NCBI RefSeq assembly: GCF_006345805.1
Contig: NC_043010.1
Location: 10,788,001-10,852,000 of the forward strand
Length of the DNA: 64,000 bases
Direction: 5' to 3'
Source: Octopus sinensis
Lineage: Eukaryota
In this document: positions 52,425 to 64,000 of the stretch, piece after piece
Layout: each line of letters opens with the position of its first letter
How positions within the stretch are numbered: the first letter of the stretch is position 1
Notes under the pieces: model-generated
Seen by the model: only the letters and a program-made list of their open reading frames with translations
Database searches by the model: none
What the model was told of the DNA's origin: nothing
Program-made: the position numbers and the translations under genes

Positions 52425-52925
52425 CAATCATCATCATTGTTCGACCGTGGTCGAGACAATGGAATTTACCATGCTACGCCAGACTTCACGGTCCATCATG
52501 GCATTACGGAGGTCCTGTTGCTGGATACCTGTATCCCTGGAGATTACATCAGGGTAGGAGAGTGTGCACCCTCTGGTATCGCGAGTAGATGGCTTCCAGA
52601 GGAGAAGAGTAGAAATTACTTCTTTTTCAGCTCTACAACAATGTCCAGCAAACTGGACTCTCCTACCTTTCACAAAAGATGACACAGATGGTAGTTTCCC
52701 ATATATTTGCATTTTGGTTGGATGATGCTTCCATGAGAGATTTTGAGCTCTCATAAGGAGGCGAGTGTAGGTTCCATCCAACCGCCTCTCAAGCTTCTTT
52801 GATAACGTCCAGGTTTCTGAGCTATATAGTAGAATTGGCTTTGAAGATTTCAAGTTTGAAGTCTCTACTTAGATTTGATGACCAGATCTTATGCATATCA
52901 TTACAGGCTGACCAGGCCATACCCG
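52425..52925 (-). mobile_element. RTE-clade LINE, 5'-truncated, same family as 41300-41949
   Basis: LLYSSETWTLSKKLERRLDGTYTRLLMRAQ; (tga)n tail. Confidence 0.92.
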
Positions 52926-53083
52926 TCACCCAAACACATAGCTCAGCTCACCAGAGACACTGGATGCCTCCCCAGAGACCTTCCTCAACTAATACAAAAA
53001 CTGGGATGAATGGCATGCATGGATTACAAATGTCCAACGAAGCTTGACCAGATTATGATAATGTTGAACAACAGTAACAACAA

Positions 53084-53187
53084 TAGGCACAGGAGTGGCT
53101 GTGTGGTAAGTAGCTTGCTAACCAACCACATAGTTCTGGGTTCAGTCCCAGTGCGTGGCATCTGGGCAAGTGTCTTCGCTATAGCCC
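53084..53187 (+). mobile_element. SINE family A head, cut by the gap
   Basis: taggcacaggagtggctgtgtgg up to the Ns. Confidence 0.88.
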
Positions 53188-53287
53188 NNNNNNNNNNNNN
53201 NNNNNNNNNNNNNNNNNNNNNNNNNNNNNNNNNNNNNNNNNNNNNNNNNNNNNNNNNNNNNNNNNNNNNNNNNNNNNNNNNNNNNNN
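53188..53287. other. Assembly gap (100 N)
   Basis: Run of n characters. Confidence 1.
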
Positions 53288-53633
53288 AGCTAAATAGTGC
53301 CATAATTGTTGCATCTTTCAGTTGAGAGAATTTTCTGATATGTCCTGAAGGGTTTGTTGTACTACTACAAATGAAGGAAGATTTAGTTCAATTCTATCTT
53401 TTCATAAGCAAAGATATATAATTTTTCCTTTGCTCTCTCTTATGGATTATCTGTGCAGCTAAGAAATGCTGGCTAGTTTTACAAAATTCTTTGACATAGA
53501 TATTTTTCTCATAACAGTGATAGATCTAAAAATTCCATATGGCTACTATGTATGAACAGGCCAAAGAATTTGTGTAAGAGTCACTATTATTGTTGTTGCT
53601 CATACTGTTGCTGTCTTCATGAGAAATTATTCA

Positions 53634-54057
53634 TAGGCGCAGGAGTGGCTGTGTGGTAAGTAGCTTGTTTACCAACCACATGGTTCCGGGTTCAGTGCCA
53701 CTGTGTGGCATCTTGGGCAAGTGTCTTCTACTATAGCCTCGGGCCGACCAAAGCCTTGTGAGTGGATTTGGTTGACGGAAACTGAAAGAAGCCCGTCGTA
53801 TAAGTATATATATATATATATAATATTATATTGTGTTTGTGTGTCTGTGTTTGTCCCCCCTAGCATTGTTTGACAACCGATGCTGGTGTGTTTATGTCCC
53901 GTTACTTAGCGGTTCGGCAAAAGAGACCGATAGAATAAGTACTGGGCTTACAAAAGAATAAGTCCTGGGGTCGAGTTGCTCGATTAAAGGCGGTGCTCCA
54001 GCATGGCCGCAGTCAAATGACTGAAACAAGTAAAAGAGAGTAAAAGAGTAAAAGAGT
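53634..54057 (+). mobile_element. SINE family A
   Basis: Full copy. Confidence 0.92.
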
Positions 54058-54498
54058 ATTCAAGTATTTACAACATTTTCTTCTTTTAAATGTCCAGTAA
54101 GCTGTTAATTTTCTTCTTCCTCTTGTACATATAGTTCTGTTTCTGCCATTGGCATTGTTTTCTCTGACATTGCAGGGTTCAGTCTTGTCACATGATTATG
54201 TGTGGTAGTCATTTTGAATGTGAAAAATGTAATGTGTGCAAATAAAAGTTTGAAGCTTGTGAAACAAATCTCTTTTTTCACTAGTTTTAACCCAAAGAAA
54301 TCAAGACCCCTCCCCCTAAATTTCGGGCCTTTTTTGCCTTTAGTAGAAAGGATGGTTATCATTATAGTTGTTGTTGTTGTTTTAAGTGAGATTTTGCTCA
54401 AAATATGAGCGAAACGAGGGAGGTGCATTGTTGATTAAAATTACCCCAATACTTGGCTGTTAAGTTTATTGAATCTAGAGGGGAAAATATTATGTCAA

Positions 54499-54727
54499 CT
54501 CTTACTCTTTTACTCTTTTACTCTTTTACTTGTTTCAGTCATTTGACTGCGGCCATGCTGGAACACCGCCTTTAGTCGAGCAAATCGACCCCAGGACTTA
54601 TTCTTTTGTAAGCCCAGTACTTATTCTATCAGTCTCTTTTTGCTGAACCGCTAAGTTACGGGGACGTAAACACACCAGCATCAGTTGTCAAGCAATGCTA
54701 GGGGGACAAACACAGACACACAAACAT

Positions 54728-54800
<73 letters not shown>

Positions 54801-54967
54801 TACGACAGGCTTCTTTCAGTTTCCGTCTACCAAATCCACTCACAAGGCATTGGTCGGCCCCGGGGCTATAGCAGAAGACACTTGCCCAAGAAGCCATGCA
54901 GTGGGACTGAACCCAGAACCATGTGGTTGGTTAGCAAGCTACTTACCACACAGCCACTCCTGTGCCT
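54499..54967 (-). mobile_element. SINE family A
   Basis: Full reverse copy. Confidence 0.92.
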
Positions 54968-55769
54968 CTGGTAATATTTGAGCAAAACGAACAAAAAGAC
55001 ACGCCACTAAATTCTGTGAGGTATTTTGTCCAGTATTGTTTGTGCCAACCATCATCTTCACAATTAGTCACAATTCAAAATATTTTAGGAATCTAACAGT
55101 ATTTAAATTCAAATATTGTTCAGATTAAGTCAGTGCTTAGATGAGAAGTCTAACCGAAGAACAGTCAGTAGTCATAACAACTGTGAACAGAATGAAAGAT
55201 ATAGAACCACGTAGGATTACATTTTCTTCTTGTTGCCCAGTAGGGTTGTTGGTTTTGTTCAATTTTCATATATATTCCTCTCCAAATTTGGAATGGCTGC
55301 TCCAGAATTCGATGAGTAGCAAATAATTTAGAACATTTGAATGGAAAAATAAATGTGATTAACCAGTCTTCATTCTTTTAGTTCTTAATGAATTAACCTC
55401 TTAATCACAATTCATTTTAAATCCTGTCTTATAACACGATAGATTTGATGAACTAATCACATCATCTGCAATAAATAGCACAATTTCTAATTGTTCTGGA
55501 CAAATTACTTGCATGACCTGCAAAAGTGTCAAGTCAAAGGATCATGGGACCTTAAATGAATTCTGACAGTAAACCCCCTCCTCGCTACTTTAAAAAATAA
55601 AACAATTAATAAACAAGATTTTGTTGAAAAAAAAAACACACACACACACAAAAACAAATATATATTTTAAAAAATGCAGAAGTGAACGATTTTCTTTAAT
55701 TCATATTGAAGAAAAAAAAACTCTCATTAAATTAAGCCTCAGTCAAAACCAATTTTTGCTGGTGTTATC

Positions 55770-56020
55770 TTAATCCTTAGAGAATTTAGCATTCCATTTT
55801 GTATAGCCTGATGCACAAAAATCATTAAACTCTGTGGACTTGTGATTAAGGAAGGAGGAGGCTTTATTGGTAAAGCATTGAACCATGTAAGACATGCTCG
55901 GCTTCATATAATCACATTGAGAACTCCAAGCTGATGGTGACTCATTTGCAACAATACTCCCAATTAGCAAAATAATGGTAAAAGTTAACAAATTCTATTC
56001 AATCTATATAATTTTGCCAT
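55770..56020 (-). CDS. Candidate secreted-peptide exon/ORF with one apparent frameshift
   Basis: Strong acceptor (ttttttgtcttcttttttccaag) directly before ATG at 56020; adding 1 nt at the T3 run (55990-92) gives MAKLYRLNRILLTFTIILLIGSIVANESPSAWSSQCDY...; no homology recognised. Confidence 0.3.
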
Positions 56021-56589
56021 CTTGGAAAAAAGAAGACAAAAAATAAAAACCAGAAATTCTGCTTTTTCAATTACTTTTGAGAGAATAACGATTTCTGGTC
56101 GAAAAATTAAAATTCCTGATTATTTCCATTTTGGAATATAACTTTTTCACAAATACCATTATAAGCGATGCAAGAAGAGTTTTCTTTCTGGAAAAAATGT
56201 CTTGTATTTTAGCAGTTTTTAATCAAGCATTGCATTCATAAGGAAGATGTATGATGGACATGAAAATAAAACCAAGAAGATCATCTTGATGGTTTTCAAG
56301 AAAATATGTACACCAGTATACTAACATCTTTATTAATCTTAGTGTAACGTCAAAAGAATATAAATATAAAATATCAACATGATCAAAAAATATCTGGAAT
56401 ATTATCTTATTATTTTTTAATGCTGTTTCACATCAAAGGAAACTTTAGCTAATGGTACAAATGACACATTTCGGGTGCATTCGAAATGACAGAAAAAGAG
56501 AAAAAACAATCATATCAACTTCATTGAACACAGGATAAAGTAGAAAGTGTTTGACAAGACTGCACCACATATATACACATACACACTTG

Positions 56590-56620
56590 TATATATATAT
56601 ATATATGTATATATATATCA

Positions 56621-56660
<40 letters not shown>

Positions 56661-56910
56661 TATATATATACACACACACACGTGAATACATGCAAACATA
56701 AGCAGTCAAAACATACATACATGTATGTATTGCGTTTGTGTGGTGTACATGTGTATGTCTGTGTGGTTGTTTGTATGTTGTGTGTGCATATGTGTGTGTG
56801 TGGTGTGTGTAATAGAAGGTGGGTATGATAATTGCACACAAAAATATAACATACAAAACAATTTGAAGTCTTCAAGTTCAAATGTCTCTTATACAAACAC
56901 ACACACCACT

Positions 56911-56943
<33 letters not shown>

Positions 56944-56972
56944 TGTATGTATATATATATATATACATATAT

Positions 56973-57049
<77 letters not shown>

Positions 57050-57311
57050 TATTATCTCCAAATTGCATTGACATAACATCTGTAGGAAAAGATTTGCAGT
57101 GAAGTCAAGATGCTATGCAATGATAGTGCATGTTTGAGCTACTTCGATACATGAAATTACATCCGAACATCTTAAGACATATTATTTTTCTATCTTATTT
57201 TCTTTGATTCCTCCTGCATTAAACCTCAAAGTTACTTCATACATGTACATGATTGCATGTGTACATGTACATGTATTTATGTGTGTTTATGTATTATATT
57301 ATATACATACA

Positions 57312-57356
<45 letters not shown>

Positions 57357-57455
57357 CATATATATATATAATATATATATATATATAATATATATTATAT
57401 ATATACATATATATATATATATTTATATGTATATGTATCATATATATATATATAT

Positions 57456-57520
<65 letters not shown>

Positions 57521-57573
57521 GTATATGTATACATATATATATACATATATATATAGGTATATATGTGTGTAAA

Positions 57574-57611
<38 letters not shown>

Positions 57612-58029
57612 ATATATATGCAGAGAACATTAGAGTATAGAGATGCTGAGAGAAACTAAATCAATCAATTGGTGCTGGTGGGGTAGATAAAGAAAGTGAG
57701 TTCAGTTGCAATCTCTACAGCTAGAATTCTATTTGATTTAACTCATCTAGTGATTGATAGCACATGTGAGCTGAAGTGCTTTATAAACATCTGCTGGTGA
57801 CTCAAACTTGACATCTCTAAGTAGGATTTGGTACCCATGATGTTATCTGATAAAAAAATATATATATGTATATATATGTATGTATATATGTATAAATATA
57901 TATGTATATATATATATGTATAAATATATATGTATATATATATATGTATATATATATATGTATATATATATATGTATATATATATATGTATATATATATA
58001 TGTATATATATATATGTAATATATATATG

Positions 58030-58062
<33 letters not shown>

Positions 58063-58242
58063 GTATATATTATTACTGGCTTATGTGCTGTAATGTATTT
58101 ATTTATCAACATAACCAGCTTAGACAGAAGCACCATTAGATTAAGACAAGAATAATGCGGAAAAACAAGGTGTGTATGTCTGCTGTATGTGTGTGTATAC
58201 ATACATACACACATATATTACACACACACATATATACCAATA

Positions 58243-58295
<53 letters not shown>

Positions 58296-58322
58296 CATAT
58301 AATATATATATATATATATACA

Positions 58323-58379
<57 letters not shown>

Positions 58380-58407
58380 AACATACATATATACCACACA
58401 CACAACA

Positions 58408-58448
<41 letters not shown>

Positions 58449-58465
58449 TATATTATATATATATA

Positions 58466-58532
<67 letters not shown>

Positions 58533-58609
58533 TGTGTGTGTGTGTATATATGTATGTTACACATATGTGTTTATACACACACATATATATACACTCACAT
58601 ATACACACT

Positions 58610-58647
<38 letters not shown>

Positions 58648-58700
58648 ATGTATGTATGTATGTATGTATGTATGTATGTATGTATTTACATATTTATATA
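56590..58700. repeat. Extended (TA)n/(TACA)n/(CA)n microsatellite field with short unique islands
   Basis: Visible repeat. Confidence 0.9.
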
Positions 58701-59809
58701 TAAGCTAATTTATGCTTGGTCAGGAACGACATCAATAAATGTGTATATATTTTTTGAGATGGATTGGTTTTAGATAACATTGTTCCTTCCAGATTTATTA
58801 ACTTTCTAAATTAATAAAGAACTGGATAATAATTATACACACACACACACACACCACACACACACATGTATATAACTTTTTTTTATTTAGTCAAGGAGAA
58901 TATTTAGATTATTGAGATAACGGGAGGAATATATATATTTTCTGACAGCAACCCTGTCCAAAAATCTTACAATGGATAACAACAGCAACAACAATAATAA
59001 TAATAAGTTACTTTACAGTCCCAAATGATGAAAAAGTTGATATGAGAGGTATAGAGAAATCGCAAAGCATCAGGACCAAATGGTTGAGTTACAGAGGCTA
59101 TGAAAAGTCTGTGTGAAGTGTATTCTTGTAGTTATAAGTTCACTGGAAACTATCCCTAAAGATTTGGATACTTTTCAGGGAAAATTTTAAAATTTGGTGT
59201 ATTGATGTAATTTTCCACGCTGAATCTCAGGAACTAATTCACTTTTTCAGAAAATTTATTCAAAAATGTTACAGAGGTTTAAAGTTTGATCATTCTCACC
59301 CAGTCAGAAAACAGGATTTAGAAGCTGTCATTTTGTGCATGACTGTCACCAGTAAATAAATGAAATATTGGAGTAATTCTACTTTATATATGCCTTATAA
59401 TACCTCATAACTTTATTTTTTTGGTGGGGGGGATTTCAGAAAACGTTTGTGAATTCGTATTCTACACACAAGAATTCATATGATTAGGCAAAAACCAAAA
59501 ACAAAAAGTTTAGTGCTTGATTTAGGGCTTATTTAGCTATTATTTTAGCACATCTCATGACCACCTAATATCTGATGTGTTTTAAGCATTTAATAAGTGG
59601 AAAATGAAAACGTGGATAAGCATCTTGGCTTGGAAACAGCCACCTATTTGTCTGTGGCTTTTGATTGACTTAGATTACCGAAAAATTACAAATTTTAAGA
59701 GCTATTACCTCCTTATTTATTGATTTATGGCGAAAATGAATTTCATGTCAATAATTACCATACAGAACTATATCAATGCACCAAATATGAAACCAACTGA
59801 AACAAAAAT

Positions 59810-60578
59810 TGAAGAAATTGAAAAGTTGCAGTCAAACAGAAATTCACTTGTTTGTGAAGTAAAATATTCCTCCAGTACTATTCTGACTTCGTCTACAGAA
59901 TTCATATTTTCCCGTCCAAATGATTTTGAAGACTGTGGAATAAATGATAATCAGTTGGGGCAATGTCCAGCAAAAATGGTAGATGGGGCATCGTTTCTCA
60001 TTCAAACTGCTCCAGCCTTTGGAATATAATCCTTGCTGTATGTGGCTAAGCATTATCCTAACGGAAGAATGCCTTTCATTTTGAAACCAAAGAAAGTCGT
60101 TTTTCTTCTAGCACTGACTTGAATAACCAAATCCAAGCTTCTCTGCTGGTTCCTCAACAGTTACAAAAGGATTTTGTTCCATCAGGGTTTGCAGGATGTC
60201 CCTGTTGAGCTCTTCAGATCTTGTAGGACAAAGCTTATCTTTTGGGCTGTAGGTTCTGGCTTGGAATTTCTGGAAACACCGCAGACACTGGCTTACACTT
60301 ATTGTCCAATCCCTATATACTGCATTAATATTCCTCACAGTTTCTGTATTGTTGTTGCCTTTATTGAACTCATAAAGTGAAATATGCTCGTTTGTCACTT
60401 CCATTATAACTTTGAAAAATAATTGTTAAGATCGAACTGTGCTCTTCAAGACTTGCACTAAGAATAAATACACGGTAAAATTACTACCTGCTTTTATAGC
60501 AAGTTGATGCAGGTAGTTTATTCTCTGACTTTTATTTCATGGAACTGAAAAAACTGCATTATTTATGGGATGATCCTA
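59810..60578 (-). mobile_element. Internally deleted mariner relic
   Basis: End ggatcatcccataa resembles that at 35558. N-terminal MEVTNEHI..YEFNKGNN.TETVRNINAVY..QCLRCFQKF (60108-60404) joins C-terminal DNA*PHTA...MPHLPFLLDIAPTDYHLFHSLQNHL. Confidence 0.88.
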
Positions 60579-60586
60579 TATATATT

Positions 60587-60618
<32 letters not shown>

Positions 60619-60933
60619 GGAGCACTCCGTCGGTTATGATGATGAGGGTCCCAGCTGATGCGATCAACGGAACAGCTTGCTCGTGAAATTAACGTGCAAG
60701 TGGCTGCGCAAACCACAGACACACGTATCCCTAATGTAGTTCGCAAGGAGATTCATCGTGACACAGAGTGTGACAAGGCTGGCCCTTTTGAAATACAAGT
60801 GCTACTCATTTTTGCCAGCTGAGTGGACTTGAGCAATGTGAAATAAAGTGTCTTGCTCAAGGACACAACACATCACCGGGAATCGAACTCACAATCTTAC
60901 GATCATGAGCCAAATGCCCTAACCACTAAGCCA
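60619..60933 (-). mobile_element. tRNA-derived SINE family E (family F-like head and core, family B tail)
   Basis: Reverse complement tggcttagtggttagggc...gagttcgattccc...ttgtgtccttgagcaagacac; tail ...aaccgacggagtgctcc. Confidence 0.85.
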
Positions 60934-60934
60934 T

Positions 60935-61051
60935 TCTCTCTCTCTCTAAATATATATATATATATAGAGAGAGAGAGACAGACAGACAGACAGAGGGATA
61001 GACAGACAGACAGACAGATAGATAGGTAGGTACGTAGGTAAACAAATAGAT

Positions 61052-61101
<50 letters not shown>

Positions 61102-61150
61102 GGATGGATGGATGGATGGATAGATAGATAGATAGATAGATAGATAGAAA
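60935..61150. repeat. (GA)/(GACA)/(GATA)/(GATG) microsatellite
   Basis: Visible repeat. Confidence 0.95.
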
Positions 61151-61734
61151 ATTAAACAAAGCATAAGAAATTATTTATATGATATTTAATGACATAATTG
61201 TTTGTATGTTTAATAAACACAAGATGACTGTAATTAGCATAATTAAGATTGCATAATCAAGACTTGCCATCAAATCATTAGAGACATGTAACTTTTATAC
61301 ACAAGCAAATTGCAGAAATGTCCACAGAGATGGTAAGCCACAAACTACTCTCTGTTATCATTTCTACAATCCAATTAATGTTATGTATAAATGCCATGAT
61401 TTGGCAGTAAGTCTTGATTACATTCTCCACATTATGTAACTAATTATCATTTCATGTTAATGAAACCTGTATGATGGTGTAACTAAGTAACTTATTAACA
61501 TTCTTGTGTGTTTCGTTTTCTTTGTGCATTCTGAAAAGCAACAACCAAATTCCGGATTCATCACCAATGATGCAAAAATACAAATGGAATTCTAAATACT
61601 AGCTTATTGCTTGCACTGTCTAGAGTAAAATTTGCACAAAATGCACACAGACACACACACACCACACACACATGCATGTATATAGTTTGCAGTAGGCATT
61701 CTAGGTCTAATTAGTCACAAATGACCAGTGTAGT

Positions 61735-62070
61735 TTATTTTTTTTATTTTTATTTATCTTTATTTTTATCTAGTTTCAGCTCACAAGCTGTGGCCATGCT
61801 GGGGCACCGCCATTTGGTGTTGCTACATGATTTTACTTCACAAATGCTTTTTAGCAACTGTATGAGAAAGTTTGATGCAGCTGCCCTCATCTGCACCTCC
61901 TGCCGTGAAGTTGGTTCATCTGGGACACCTGACAAGAAGAGATCCAGTTTTATTTTAAAGACATCTGCATCCACCCCATGCAGGTCTCTTAGGTTCTTCG
62001 GGAGGATATTGAAGAGCTGTGGGCCTCGGAAGCCCAGGCTATCAGATTTATGAAAAAACTTTTTGTTATA
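61735..62070 (-). mobile_element. LINE 3' end (CR1/L2-supergroup-like ORF2 C-terminus plus 3' UTR)
   Basis: SLGFRGPQLFNILPKNLRDL..VDADVFKIKLDLFLSGVPDEP followed by an A-rich tail; clade not assignable by eye. Confidence 0.75.
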
Positions 62071-62824
62071 CAATTTAGTTCCTCATGTTTGTTACTAGAT
62101 TACATATGAGTTGCATCCCAGAACTGGTCGATGTGTTTTGTGTCTGTGTATGCATTGGTCATTCAGTTGTGTCTGTTTATGTTCTGCAACTGCTACTGTG
62201 TTGTGTCATTCATGCTGAATATGTGGTTCAATGTTGGCTGCTTGACTGGTGCAAGCTGACTTCAGTCTCTCAACCATTTGCCTGTTGCTGGCTGTCTACC
62301 CTCCTGTCATGTGTCTGACTGTATTTATAATGGACATCTGAGCTAGAAGAATTGACACACCCTAGGAGTAATTACTACCTATGTAGGTCACCTGCTGCCC
62401 ACTTGAACCTTCAGTGACACGGCTCAGGTTGGAGGTTGAATGGAAATCCATCCATCACTTTTTGACGGGACAAAGAAATTTCTTTTGCACCTGCTCGGCC
62501 AGTGGTGGATCAGGCTAGCAAGAATCCTTAGATTCAGAAATGCTAGTTTTTACATATGTATGGTGTGGGTTGCTGTCAATATATAAACATAATAGAGCAT
62601 AGTATATTGTTTTGTCCAGGGGCCTGTTAAAATGCTAGGATGGCTCTACACAAAGCACAAGCTTTTCAGGAACATGTCATATACACACTGGCACAGGAAA
62701 ATTCATTTCTGTAGAAAAAAAATTGTTTGGGGAAAATTTTTTAAACATTACTTTTAGCCATGTATTTTCATTACAAGTGTTGACAGTAGAGCTGCACGCT
62801 ATTTACCCAAATATATATATAATA

Positions 62825-63378
62825 TAATAATAATAATTGTGAACAGTGCTCAGGTGCACTACAACTCATCTAAAGTGTATATATAATCAGGTGTAGTTTC
62901 GGCGGATTTCGGAAAGCATGAGGGCCTTAAAGGATGCAGTGTCATGGGAGTTAACAATTGACGCAGGCAGTTTATTCCACGCTTCAGCAACCCTGAGTGT
63001 GAAAAAATGTTTCCGAAAGTCATGGGAGCTGTGTTGTTTTCTGACTTTGAAGGCATGTCCACGTGTGTTAGGTACATGAAGATCAAAAAGGTGTTCAGTG
63101 TTGTTGTTGGTGAGGTGGTTGATAACTTTGTGGGTGTTTACCAAGTCCATCGCCAGATGCCAGAGCTTCTGTGAATCCATGCCCAGGGAAGCAAGGCGCT
63201 CAGAGTATGGTAGGTGTCTGATGGAGGGTATGCGTTTGGTTGCACATCTCTGGACAGATTCCAGGAGGTCATTGTTCTGAGCAAGATAAGGGTTCCAAAC
63301 TGATGATGCAAATTCCAAGTGTGGTCGTACCATAGCTGTATACAGTTTTAAATAGATGGCTGGAGAGCGGCTAACAAA
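62825..63378 (-). mobile_element. CR1-group LINE, 5'-truncated, same family as 22680-23252
   Basis: ORF FVSRSPAIYLKLYTAMVRPHLEFASSVWNPY...; (att)n tail. Confidence 0.92.
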
Positions 63379-63857
63379 ACAAACAAACAAACAAAACAAA
63401 TCTCACAAATCTCACAAATCTCACAAAACAATAATCATACGTATGAGTGCATGTGTGTGTGTGTGTGTGTGTGTGTTTGTCTCTCTATCTGTCTGTGTCT
63501 GTGTGTGCAGTCATTTGTGCATGAGTGTGTGCTTGCATGTATGTGATAGGGAGTGTTACATATATGAGGTACACTACAAAAAAAAAAGAAAAAAAAAAAA
63601 GAAAAACATTTTCTACATGCAGCTGAGTACCTTACTGACCTTACTGACCTTACTGACCTTACTGACCTCAGAAGATCAAAAGTGAGACAAATCTTTTTTT
63701 TAGCTAAAAAGCAATCTACAGTTAATTGATCAAAAGACTTGTAATGCTTTTCATTAGGACTAACTAATGTATTCAAACACACCGTTGAGAGCCAGACAGT
63801 ATTTGGCCTTTTAACCCAGGGTTAAACAAGGACTCCACTTGAAAAGCTATTCTAATA

Positions 63858-64000
63858 CATACATGCATACATATATACATACATACATACATACATACGT
63901 ATATACATACATACATACATACATACATACATACATACATGCATGCATACATGCATACATACATACACACATACATACATACATACATAATACATACATA
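63858..64000. repeat. (TACA)n microsatellite
   Basis: Visible repeat. Confidence 0.95.

Noticed and set aside
54105-54428. Minus-strand ORF ending MSEKTMPMAETELYVQEEEEN
   Set aside because: Upstream part overlaps an old SINE remnant; no convincing splice or start context.
59080-59790. Possible non-autonomous DNA transposon internal sequence
   Set aside because: No TIR pair or TSD could be identified by eye.
59727-60029. 100-aa protein-like plus-strand ORF
   Set aside because: Largely the antisense shadow of the mariner DDD domain on the minus strand.

Overview
Eukaryotic, AT-rich, repeat-saturated genomic DNA, most likely intronic or intergenic. The repeat families and extreme (TA)n/(TACA)n/(CA)n/trinucleotide microsatellite load suggest an octopus or other coleoid cephalopod (inference). 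No host protein-coding gene can be identified confidently, and nearly all ORFs in the track are microsatellite or transposon artefacts. Supported content: four mariner relics (one full-length with both TIRs); 5'-truncated LINE fragments (CR1-group, RTE clade); more than 40 tRNA-derived SINE copies or fragments in several modular families; two non-autonomous Helitron-like elements; a ~1.37 kb tandem duplication; a 100-N gap; and four weak exon candidates. The most interesting signal is three distinct short repeat families, mostly sitting in (TA)n tracts, that carry type I hammerhead ribozyme motifs with the short palindromic helix III typical of Penelope-like elements. One family has an intact catalytic core and occurs as two apparently identical 255-bp inverted copies (4203-4457 / 5151-5405). 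Other notable items are ~90-120 bp direct repeats flanking two SINE insertions, a SINE-LINE shared 3' tail, and a Helitron-like copy flanked by a 28-bp direct repeat.
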